Program-made: the position numbers and the translations under genes
Source: a virus
Lineage: Duplodnaviria > Caudoviricetes
DNA length: 34,351 nt
Virus record (IMG/VR): IMGVR_UViG_3300033562_002363
Span: 1 to 34,351 of that record
Reading direction: 5' to 3' (one strand)
Notes under the pieces: generated by a model
What the model saw: the letters and a program-made list of their open reading frames with translations, nothing else
Databases searched by the model: none
What the model was told of the DNA's origin: nothing
Shown: positions 1 through 7,315 of the stretch, one piece after another
How the letters are laid out: each line of letters begins with the position of its first letter
Numbering within the stretch: the stretch's first letter is position 1

Positions 1-48
1 AAACTGTTGAACTGCGAGGTTCCGGGGGTTCGAATCCCTCCCTCTCCG
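1..48 (+). tRNA. 3' half of a tRNA-Ser (long variable arm); probable prophage att core
   Basis: Variable arm GAACT-GCGA-GGTTC, T-arm GGGGG-TTCGAAT-CCCTC, acceptor 3' strand CCTCTCC plus discriminator G48. The anticodon lies at or before the window edge, so Ser is inferred from the long variable arm and discriminator G. The integrase follows immediately. Confidence 0.85.
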
Positions 49-69
49 CAAAAAACGCCAAACGGCGTG

Positions 70-122
70 CATATCAGAGATTTACGGCGATTTCGCTGAA
101 ATTTCGGGACAAAAACAGGACA
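70..122. promoter_or_regulatory. Putative att accessory sites: IHF-like site and tandem arm-type repeats
   Basis: TATCAG-AGAT-TTA (72-84) fits the WATCAR-N4-TTR consensus. CGGGACA (105-111) and CAGGACA (116-122) are direct repeats 11 bp apart, between the tRNA end and the integrase start. Confidence 0.4.
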
Positions 123-162
123 TTTTTACTCTTGTCAATAAAATGGCAGGAGTAAAAAAAAA

Positions 163-1326
163 ATGTCAACCAGTCAAAACAATCCCTCGCTTCTCAATTT
201 TATACCCCCTCGCCTTACGAAAGGCAAAGAATGGTATATATCATCTTACTCTACTTATCCTGCAACCGGTAAGCTTAGAAGAGTAAGAATCAAGTTAAAC
301 AGAATCAAATCCATTTCTCAACGAAATGCTGTAGCAAAACGGCTTATTAGCGAACTATCAGTTAAGCTGCTGTCCGGATGGAATTACTTCATTGAGGCAG
401 AAGCACCAAAGTCGTATCATTTTCTGTTCAGCGTACTAGACACCTTTATTAATGTTCACGCTAAAGAACTTGAGGAACATTCCATGAGATCCTATAGATC
501 ATATGTAAAAATATTGAAGGCGTTTCTCCTCAGAAAAGGATACTCAGATAAAATGTATGTAATCAATTTTGACCGCCGGCTAGCTTCAGATTTGATGATA
601 GAAATCAAGGAAGGAGATTACTCATTGAGGACATATAACAATTACCTTCAGTTCTATACATCACTATTCAACTGGTTACTTGAGTTCAATTATATAGCTA
701 CAAATCCATTTTCGCACATAAAAAAGATTCCTAAAAAACGACTGATTAAGATACGTCAACCACTATCAGAGGATCATCGAGCTGAATTAAAAAGATTCCT
801 CCTTGAAATCGAAGGGAACAACAACTATTATGTAATGTGTTTACTATGCTATTATTGTTTCCTTCGTCCAAATGAAATTTCTCTATTAAGGGTTAAGGAT
901 ATCGATCAAAACAGACAGCTTGTATCTGTTTCAGAAACAATTGCAAAAAATGACAATGTCAGCTACAGGACCATTCCAGATGTAATGATGCCATATATAA
1001 AGAAATTGAAATTGAACAATCCTCCTGATTATTACCTATTCAGCATGGATGTAACTGGTGAGTTTATACCTGGGAAAAAACGTGCAGAAGGTCGTGAAAC
1101 AGCCAGATATTGGAGTTATATTCGGCAGTCGCTTAATTGGCCAATGTGGTTACAATTCTATTCCTTAAAGGATACAGGTATAACAAATATGCTGAGTGAC
1201 GGAGTTGCAACGAATTTTGTTCAGGGGCAAGCGGATCACAGCTCTTTATCAATGACTTCAATCTACGCAGTCAAGAAAAGCAGCGCTGCAGAAGAACAGA
1301 TCCGGAAGAAATCAAAGGCATTTTAG
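163..1326 (+). CDS. int: Tyrosine recombinase / phage integrase
   Basis: 387 aa. Catalytic-type motifs FLRPNE (R), AKND (K), YSLKDTG (variant of HxxR) and QADHSSLSMTSIY (H...Y). Core-binding region with TYNNYL...NPF. Adjacent to the tRNA 3' end. Confidence 0.92.
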   Translation: MSTSQNNPSLLNFIPPRLTKGKEWYISSYSTYPATGKLRRVRIKLNRIKSISQRNAVAKRLISELSVKLLSGWNYFIEAEAPKSYHFLFSVLDTFINVHAKELEEHSMRSYRSYVKILKAFLLRKGYSDKMYVINFDRRLASDLMIEIKEGDYSLRTYNNYLQFYTSLFNWLLEFNYIATNPFSHIKKIPKKRLIKIRQPLSEDHRAELKRFLLEIEGNNNYYVMCLLCYYCFLRPNEISLLRVKDIDQNRQLVSVSETIAKNDNVSYRTIPDVMMPYIKKLKLNNPPDYYLFSMDVTGEFIPGKKRAEGRETARYWSYIRQSLNWPMWLQFYSLKDTGITNMLSDGVATNFVQGQADHSSLSMTSIYAVKKSSAAEEQIRKKSKAF

Positions 1327-1517
1327 AAATTCAAATACCAACCAATGCCCTCAGGAGAACAATCGGCAATCTGCCCTCCTAATTTCTTCTGAACAGCCCG
1401 GATAAATTCCAATGAAGTGGAATGACACCACTCAGAAGTAATAGCGTAAGAATCATTTTCAGCAAGCAATTCTCTCAGAGAATCAGTAATTTTCGCAATT
1501 TTAATAATGTCGTACAT
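1323..1517 (-). CDS. Small hypothetical protein (~64 aa), convergent with the integrase
   Basis: Open frame overlapping the int stop by 4 nt. ATG at 1517 is preferred because ATG 1541 lies inside the terminator hairpin. No motif recognised. Confidence 0.4.
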   Translation of the reverse strand: MYDIIKIAKITDSLRELLAENDSYAITSEWCHSTSLEFIRAVQKKLGGQIADCSPEGIGWYLNF

Positions 1518-1518
1518 T

Positions 1519-1554
1519 AAAAATGAGTAAAAGGGCTCCAATTGGCAGCCCTTT
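1519..1554 (-). terminator. Rho-independent terminator ending the late/lysis operon
   Basis: Stem AAAGGGCT (1530-1537) / AGCCCTTT (1547-1554), followed on the - strand by a T-rich tract, just after the stop of 1560..2045. Confidence 0.7.
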
Positions 1555-1559
1555 ATCTT

Positions 1560-2045
1560 TTATCGCTTTAAATTATAGATATTGTAGTAAACTCCAACGC
1601 CAATATATGGTCCTGGCCTAAGTTTATCAGAGAAGTTTACTCCATAACCGGCAGAAATGCCGATGCCCCACCTCGAAGGGTGAACAGCTTTAGTTATTGT
1701 GTTTGTAATTGTTTTTTGATACACTTCTATATAATCGAGATTCGGTCTGTAGCCGGAAACAACGGCCTTATATGTGCTGTCCTGGTAAGTCTTTCTCTCT
1801 TTTGGGAGAATGATATTATTATTCACTATCACCAGGCTATCCACCGGCAGGAGGATTGTTTCCGTGATCTCCACTAGTATCGGCACAGGGCTAAATGTTT
1901 TTATTGTATCGCGGATAGTATCTCTGACAATAGTCACTGTAGGCTCTATCTCACGAAGCTTTTTCACTTGGTACCTGAGTAAACTTATCCAAATGACTAA
2001 AATTACAAAAACGATAAAAACTGATAAGTTTATATACTTTTTCAT
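1560..2045 (-). CDS. Putative spanin-like lysis protein (resembles DUF6808-type Bacteroidota phage proteins)
   Basis: N-terminal transmembrane helix, VRDTIRDTI repeats, C-terminal beta-rich RWGIGISAGYG...PYIGVGVYY. Lies directly after the endolysin candidate. Confidence 0.6.
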   Translation of the reverse strand: MKKYINLSVFIVFVILVIWISLLRYQVKKLREIEPTVTIVRDTIRDTIKTFSPVPILVEITETILLPVDSLVIVNNNIILPKERKTYQDSTYKAVVSGYRPNLDYIEVYQKTITNTITKAVHPSRWGIGISAGYGVNFSDKLRPGPYIGVGVYYNIYNLKR

Positions 2046-2452
2046 TGAATCTCAATTTCGATTTGTTCTCCTCTGTTTTGAGCATCTTTTAAAAGCTCTA
2101 CTAATATCAGCTCATACTTTGTTGAGTTGATTACCTTCCCTTTTACCTTATTTTCGCCTACCAATATGCATCCCTCTGTGTGTTCAGGAATATTTCCTCG
2201 ATGTATGAGTACACCTTCAAAGTGAGGCACATCCAGGAGCCGAGGGAGATCTCTTTTGAACTTAGGAGATTTATTGACTATCACTTTGTATTTTCCCGCA
2301 GGTATGGCTGTCTTGCCTGGGATCTTCTTTTCCATTGTCAATAATCTCACCGTGTCCTCCAGCGTATTGCACAAATAAGTTCCGTTCACGAATAGGTCAC
2401 CTATAGTATAGAATTGGCCTTTATAACTTCTCTGAATGTGAAGTTTCATCAT
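2042..2452 (-). CDS. Putative endolysin (DUF5675-like, His/Cys peptidase motif)
   Basis: YTIGDL...TLED...TAIPAGKY...LIHRGN...TEGCILVG pattern; located in the lysis cassette. Confidence 0.75.
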   Translation of the reverse strand: MMKLHIQRSYKGQFYTIGDLFVNGTYLCNTLEDTVRLLTMEKKIPGKTAIPAGKYKVIVNKSPKFKRDLPRLLDVPHFEGVLIHRGNIPEHTEGCILVGENKVKGKVINSTKYELILVELLKDAQNRGEQIEIEIQ

Positions 2453-2497
2453 TACCCTCCTTTTCTTTAAATAATTGTATTGTAGTTAATTCTATAA

Positions 2498-2926
2498 TTA
2501 TCCATTTCTCTTGTCATCCCCTTTACATGTAAATGTTCCTATAGTTGGAATTCTTGATGTACAAGGAAGATTCAGACAAATATGTTGCTCAGCATATATA
2601 CGGCGAGATATTTCACTGGAGAGCGTATTTTGCATTCCTGCTAATTGCCTTTTAATATTTTCAATTTCGTAGTCATAGCCTCTCATCTTACTTTTTAAAT
2701 CATAATTTTCAACGGCTAGAGAATCTCTTTCCTTTATAGTATCCACCAGTGTTTTTCCTTGTAATTCCATCACTTCTCTGATGTTGCCCAGGTTAAGTCC
2801 ATCTGCTTTAGCCCCCTCCTGACTGGCTTCTGCCCCCGCTTTCTTTCGTTGTGCACGAATAAAAATGAACTGAAAGATATTTACTCCTGCAAATAGGCTA
2901 GCTAATATTCCTAGTAGAGTTTCCAT
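2498..2926 (-). CDS. Putative holin-like membrane protein with coiled coil
   Basis: N-terminal hydrophobic helix followed by basic residues and a heptad-like region; directly upstream of the endolysin candidate. Confidence 0.5.
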   Translation of the reverse strand: METLLGILASLFAGVNIFQFIFIRAQRKKAGAEASQEGAKADGLNLGNIREVMELQGKTLVDTIKERDSLAVENYDLKSKMRGYDYEIENIKRQLAGMQNTLSSEISRRIYAEQHICLNLPCTSRIPTIGTFTCKGDDKRNG

Positions 2927-2969
2927 TGCTATTAATTTTACCGCTTTTCGGCGTGGTTAATAATTTATT

Positions 2970-4052
2970 TTAATTATGTATAACTCCATTTATTTTAACT
3001 CCTGTGCTTGCCACCTCAAATGCTATCGCGCCTATTTTTACAAATAATCCGTTTTGCGAAAAGTGCAGATATACATTTGATGCCCAAACCGAAGCGATTC
3101 CGTCGGTTCCTATCTCTGTCTGAGCAACTACCTTTCTCACTGTAACAGTAATTGATGAGCCGGACTGATAACCCCAATCGCTTGATGTGTGAGAGGAATC
3201 CATTATCTGTTCATCGCCCTGCCACTCAGTGTATGACATATGATTATGTAATGCAGCAAGCCGGTAAGTGCCCGCCGAGAGCCCTCGGATTGTGGCCGTA
3301 ATATTTTTCATCCCAATCGTCTCGTTTGTGTCTCCAATCTGCCCCACGTCTGTCCATAATGTGCCGTTATATTTCTGCAACACAACACTTACGTTTGCCA
3401 TTCCACGAGCATATACGCCTTCTGACACATATGCATACACCTGTATGTTACCTACCTCTATTTCAAGCACTCCGTCAACCAACGTTGTAAACTCAGTAGA
3501 CACTTGCATTCCCTGCCATGTGCCAAAGTTTGGATATACCCAATTATTCTCTTTCGACCCCATGTCCGAGCTGGTTGGAGTAAATGAGACTGTTGAAGCT
3601 CCAGCTTGAATAGTTGCCAGTGACGATATAGGTCCGGGATGTTGAAATAATTTTAAATTCCCATTATCGTCATAGACAGCAATCTGTTGTTTATCCCCGG
3701 CGTTGATTTCTATTCGCTTTCCTGACAAAGCTGTTTTAAGCTCTTTAGCAATTAACTGCTGTATCGCGGCGGCATCGGCAAGAAGCAATTTTGTGGCAAC
3801 AGCCTCGAACTGCTCCGGGAATATCACCCATTTGGCCGTATTGGTCGGCACAACACCCTGAAATGTTCCGGAGGTAGTTTTGGTCTTGTAGGCTTGTCCA
3901 TTATATTTGACGGCATCTATTCGCCCGGGATTGCCATAATAAACAGCATTAGCATCATATTCCCCCCGGAACACAAGTAATGGTCCTGTTGGGCCCTGTT
4001 CTCCTTGTGCCGGAGCTCTCCGTACTACTGCCGATCCTTTATAGCCTGCCAT
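2970..4052 (-). CDS. Tail fibre / tail tip protein
   Basis: 360 aa. Short collagen-like GEQGPTGP, an FRGEY...VKYNGQAY...PTNTAKW module, and a beta-rich body. Last gene of the tail module. Confidence 0.6.
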   Translation of the reverse strand: MAGYKGSAVVRRAPAQGEQGPTGPLLVFRGEYDANAVYYGNPGRIDAVKYNGQAYKTKTTSGTFQGVVPTNTAKWVIFPEQFEAVATKLLLADAAAIQQLIAKELKTALSGKRIEINAGDKQQIAVYDDNGNLKLFQHPGPISSLATIQAGASTVSFTPTSSDMGSKENNWVYPNFGTWQGMQVSTEFTTLVDGVLEIEVGNIQVYAYVSEGVYARGMANVSVVLQKYNGTLWTDVGQIGDTNETIGMKNITATIRGLSAGTYRLAALHNHMSYTEWQGDEQIMDSSHTSSDWGYQSGSSITVTVRKVVAQTEIGTDGIASVWASNVYLHFSQNGLFVKIGAIAFEVASTGVKINGVIHN

Positions 4053-4056
4053 AGTG

Positions 4057-4410
4057 TTAAATGTTTTCTATTACTGATTGTGCAACACTCTTTGCATAAA
4101 GCCTGTAATCCTGAAACGCCTCATATTCTGCTAAGTAAATAACTGCCTTTTCATGTTCAGGATTGTCTTTAACAAGTTCTCTGTTGGCAAAAATTGCATC
4201 TCGCTTATCGTCCGGATATTTATCCCGGATAATAGCTGAAACGAGAGCTGCGTATGAGTGATCTCCGTCTACATCTACATTCGTTCCTCTGAACTTTGTG
4301 GATGTCTCTTCGTTGTACTCAACTTCAAAGGGTTCAAACCCGAAGAAGAGCCTTAATTTATTTCCCTCTCTGATGACAGGTAAGGGCATTGCGTCGAATT
4401 CTGCTTTCAT
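4057..4410 (-). CDS. Hypothetical phage protein downstream of the DGR RT
   Basis: 117-aa ORF tightly packed with its neighbours; helical C-terminus YAALVSAIIRDKY...FQDYRLYAK. Confidence 0.7.
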   Translation of the reverse strand: MKAEFDAMPLPVIREGNKLRLFFGFEPFEVEYNEETSTKFRGTNVDVDGDHSYAALVSAIIRDKYPDDKRDAIFANRELVKDNPEHEKAVIYLAEYEAFQDYRLYAKSVAQSVIENI

Positions 4411-4421
4411 AATATCAGTTT

Positions 4422-4979
4422 TTAATCAAAGTAATAATCTGCTTTATTGTTGTTTCCTGTACGGCGTTTCACCGTTGCCTTGAACGGAAAACACTCTTTT
4501 TCTCTGCATTGGTCAAGGATATCCTTAATCTTGTAGTTATTAGTGATAAACTTACACTCTTTCCCTTCTAACTCAATGAGAACAGCGTACCGGTCTCCTC
4601 CGTTCTTTGTCTGCACTCCTGTCTCGAAGTCCTTTACAACGACCTCCTGATTAAGGATATCCATCAATGTCTTTACTTCTACATCGAAGAACCGTTTCCC
4701 ATCCTTGCCTATGTTCTTCGCTTTTACATTCAGTTCATTAAAACTCTTCATTCCTGTTATCTTTTTCCATAAGTTCCTGCAATCTCCGTGCATGCACCAT
4801 CCTTTATAACTGCAGAGTATCTCATATTTTCGTTCTTTATCTTTTATCTGCGAATACTTTTTCGCAAATCGTTGTTTCATATCTTTACGCAGCAAGGTCT
4901 TTTGGTGAGAGAACCGGTACCCCAGGAAGTCTATCGACCGCCCTCTTTCCTCTTTTGCGCTTTCGTGTCTTTGTCTCAT
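4422..4979 (-). CDS. C-terminal part of DGR RT1 (domain 7 + thumb) fused to a ~110-aa accessory domain
   Basis: GRSIDFLGYRF...LLRKDMKQRF...CSYKGWCMHGDC aligns with RT2 RGIDFLGYVF...LLRKGIKQRF...CSWIGWAKHCNS. It continues in frame into MKSFNELNV... (internal ATG at 4751). Confidence 0.85.
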   Translation of the reverse strand: MRQRHESAKEERGRSIDFLGYRFSHQKTLLRKDMKQRFAKKYSQIKDKERKYEILCSYKGWCMHGDCRNLWKKITGMKSFNELNVKAKNIGKDGKRFFDVEVKTLMDILNQEVVVKDFETGVQTKNGGDRYAVLIELEGKECKFITNNYKIKDILDQCREKECFPFKATVKRRTGNNNKADYYFD

Positions 4980-5772
4980 TCCTTATCTCTACCCCTACCG
5001 GAAACACCGCATAGTTCGGTTTGATTATTAAATTAAGTTGCTTACTTACTACCTCGTTTACAGCTTTGTATATCTCCCACATCCGCTCTTTGCTCTCTCC
5101 CAGAAAAACCATATCATCGCAGTACCGGAAGTAATATTTTACACTCAAATCCTCCTTGATGAAGTGATCCAATCCACTAACGGCGAAGTTGGCCAGGAGC
5201 TGACTGGTATAAGAGCCTATCGGAAGTCCTTTTTCTGTTGAACGAATGATTTCACTTATGAGAGAAATAAACCTCTCGTCTTTGAATTTTCTTCTCAAGT
5301 CTGAAATAAGAACCTCTTGATCTATGTTGGGATAAAACTTCTGAATATCTGTTTTAAGACACCATGTTGAACCCTGTTTATCTTTCATAGCTCTCTTTAC
5401 CCTGTTCACCGCTAAAGTCACTCCACGCCCATTTATGCAAGCGTAGGTGTCGTAAATAAGAGACTTGGTAAGAATGGGATTAATGACTCTCATTATCGCG
5501 TGATGCAGGATCCTGTCCGGGAAGAAAGGGAGCTTGGATATCTCTCTTATTTTGCCTCTGTCGGCCACAATGGTCATTGTTCTGTATTCAGAAGTTTTGA
5601 ATGTTTCTGAAATAAGTTGCTGTTGAAGCTCCAAAAGCTTTCTCTCTGAGTCCTTCAGGAAGAGTCTCACACCATACGAAGTTTTTTTCTTGCCGCGAGC
5701 CGCTTCCTTTGCCGCTGCAGTAAGATTCTCTATTGAGTAGATCTGTTCGTATATATGTCCTATTCTCTTCAT
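4885..5772 (-). CDS. DGR reverse transcriptase RT1, N-terminal part (domains 1-6)
   Basis: Start MKRIGHIYEQI at 5772. Motifs DRILHHAI, LKTDIQKFYPNID, GLPIGSYTSQLLAN (DGR-type SQ) and YFRYCDD. The frame diverges from RT after FPV and ends in a basic tail. Confidence 0.93.
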   Translation of the reverse strand: MKRIGHIYEQIYSIENLTAAAKEAARGKKKTSYGVRLFLKDSERKLLELQQQLISETFKTSEYRTMTIVADRGKIREISKLPFFPDRILHHAIMRVINPILTKSLIYDTYACINGRGVTLAVNRVKRAMKDKQGSTWCLKTDIQKFYPNIDQEVLISDLRRKFKDERFISLISEIIRSTEKGLPIGSYTSQLLANFAVSGLDHFIKEDLSVKYYFRYCDDMVFLGESKERMWEIYKAVNEVVSKQLNLIIKPNYAVFPVGVEIRNETKTRKRKRGKRAVDRLPGVPVLSPKDLAA

Positions 5773-5897
5773 TTCATTATTGCTTTTGTTGCGACCGGAG
5801 TCTTCGAGTATTCCTACCAACACCGTTTATCGCTCTTTATTTTTTGCCTCGCTGATTTTCAGGGGCAAGGTTTGCGGGATTGTCAAAAATCGTGTTT
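5773..5897 (-). ncRNA. DGR RNA spacer between TR and RT (putative priming / RT-binding structure)
   Basis: Non-coding segment 3' of TR containing ACCTTGCC...GGCAAAAAAT (TTGCC can pair with GGCAA) and GTGTTGGTAGG...CGAAGACTCC. Position is equivalent to the spacer needed for cDNA priming in Bordetella phage BPP-1. Confidence 0.55.
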
Positions 5898-6010
5898 AAA
5901 AGTTAGCTGAGCCCCGATGTTCGAATTCGCATTCGAGAAAACGTTATTCGCATTCGAAGCTGACAAGCTGCATATCGAACCGTTATTCGCGTTCCCGCCG
6001 AACAGCCAGA
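5898..6010 (-). repeat. DGR template repeat (TR) including IMH*
   Basis: Aligns ungapped to 6115-6227 (offset 217). In the target frame it reads WLFGGNANNGSICSLSASNANNVFSNANSNIGAQL, with 9 AAY codons. Confidence 0.96.
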
Positions 6011-6032
6011 GCATTTAACCCCGCGCCACCTA

Positions 6033-6069
6033 CCTGAATTGCTTCAGGATTTGCTGCCGCTTACGCGGC
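6033..6069 (-). promoter_or_regulatory. Two tandem GNRA-loop hairpins between the target stop and TR (DGR homing hairpin candidates)
   Basis: On the - strand: GCCGC-GTAA-GCGGC (6056-6069) and CCTGAA-GCAA-TTCAGG (6033-6048). Confidence 0.7.
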
Positions 6070-7305
6070 TTATACATTCAACTGTGCACCGGTTACCATC
6101 TTGAGGGCTCCATAAAAAGCAAGCCGAGAGCCGAAGTGCGAATCCGCACCCGAGAAAACGTTATACGCATACGAAGCCGACAAGCCGCAAATCGAACCGT
6201 AATTCGCGTCCCCGCCGAACAGCCAGACTTCTCCTGCAGCAGCAGAGTAGTGTGCATCTGCCCAACGATTAGTAGAGCCACCACTTATAGTGAGAGGAAT
6301 GATGTCAAAATAAGCACCAAGCTTCATTGTGTTTATGTACTGCCCAGAGGCAGATGTCAAACGCTGCGAAGTGCGATAATCAACACCAACAGGAGGCTTA
6401 TCGTTAGCCACCTTGTTGCCGTCGAAAATATATACCACATCGCCGTTTGAAACGATGCCTTGAACAAATTCCCATAACTGTCCGTAAGGATTTTCCAGGC
6501 CCCTGTAAGAAATACACTGCACTGTTGCACTAACGGCATCAAGAGTGTTTACAGCCCCGGAAACATCGCCCAGAGGTATGGTCTTGCCTGTTTGGATGTT
6601 TTGCTCATTGGCAAAAGATGATCCGGTTCCGTCCAGCCCAACTCCTAAAACAGCCTGAATAGAGGTATTGCCATACTCGGCCAGAAACATCATCATGATT
6701 TTTACTCGATGACTGTATGATTGCAGGCCCCAGTCTTTGCCGTTCACTTGAGCAGCTGCCCAAAACTGAGAAATAGTTTGTGTGCCAGTTGGTACAAGAT
6801 TAGGTTTACTTACCAACGCTGTTGATACCTTGTTTGCTTTGTACGCCCCTATACACATTGCCGGAGCTTTCTTTCCACCAATAGGAATCATCGAAGTCCA
6901 TAAAATAGGTAAGCCGCCTTCTGTTGTAACTAAGTAGTACAGGTCCGGAGAAAACCACATTGTGTGCCCTTTTGAGTGATCAACCGCCGTTCCGTCTACA
7001 AAATATGCTGAATTCGTTGGGTTCAGCTTGGCTGCTGTGCCATCTGTCTTAACCAGATAGCGACCACATTGAGAGTAATACAATTCTTTCATTTGCATGT
7101 TTCCAATTTGTGGCCACGAAGTACCAGAGTTATACTCAAGGTATGTTCCCCATGCTACCTGACGAAGTAATTGGCTCTGCCCTACATTCATCGAGTCCAT
7201 GAGTTTCTCAAGGGTGATTCTTTTGATTGAACCACCGACTTCACAAAGTATATTTTGGCTCTTTAATAACTGCTCTATGGCAGTAGCTAATGCTAAATCG
7301 TTCAT
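6070..7305 (-). CDS. DGR target protein; putative receptor-binding tail protein with a C-type-lectin (FGE-like) fold
   Basis: VR at the 3' end; motifs IGAYKA, YRGLENPYGQLWEFVQG and terminal GSRLAF. Located in the tail module. Confidence 0.88.
   Translation of the reverse strand: MNDLALATAIEQLLKSQNILCEVGGSIKRITLEKLMDSMNVGQSQLLRQVAWGTYLEYNSGTSWPQIGNMQMKELYYSQCGRYLVKTDGTAAKLNPTNSAYFVDGTAVDHSKGHTMWFSPDLYYLVTTEGGLPILWTSMIPIGGKKAPAMCIGAYKANKVSTALVSKPNLVPTGTQTISQFWAAAQVNGKDWGLQSYSHRVKIMMMFLAEYGNTSIQAVLGVGLDGTGSSFANEQNIQTGKTIPLGDVSGAVNTLDAVSATVQCISYRGLENPYGQLWEFVQGIVSNGDVVYIFDGNKVANDKPPVGVDYRTSQRLTSASGQYINTMKLGAYFDIIPLTISGGSTNRWADAHYSAAAGEVWLFGGDANYGSICGLSASYAYNVFSGADSHFGSRLAFYGALKMVTGAQLNV
6115..6227 (-). 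repeat. DGR variable repeat (VR) including IMH
   Basis: Over 6131-6227 (97 bp) there are 12 mismatches to TR, all at TR adenines of the sense strand. Encodes WLFGGDANYGSICGLSASYAYNVFSGADSHFGSRLAF. Confidence 0.96.
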
Positions 7306-7315
7306 ATCTTAATTA

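Larger units (their letters stand above)
4422..7305 (-). mobile_element. Diversity-generating retroelement cassette: target gene(VR) - hairpins - TR - spacer - split RT
   Basis: TR/VR pair with adenine-specific mismatches, adjacent DGR-type RT, and a VR at the 3' end of a CLec-like gene. Confidence 0.95.

Noticed and set aside
2936-2960. Hairpin between the tail fibre and holin-like genes as a terminator
   Set aside because: The stem is short and imperfect, with no T-tract on the - strand.
2970-4052. Second VR for TR1 in the tail fibre or other tail genes
   Set aside because: No segment resembling the TR peptide or DNA was found by eye outside 6115-6227. A blastn-short self-search would settle it.
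4885-5772. RT1 or RT2 as group II intron, retron or Abi RT
   Set aside because: Both have the DGR-type SQ motif rather than PQG and lack maturase/endonuclease extensions. RT1 has an adjacent TR/VR pair.
5773-5823. ORF-track N-terminal extension of RT1 (MLVGILEDSG...)
   Set aside because: It starts at a non-ATG codon inside the TR-RT spacer; MKRIGHIYEQI at 5772 is the typical DGR RT start.
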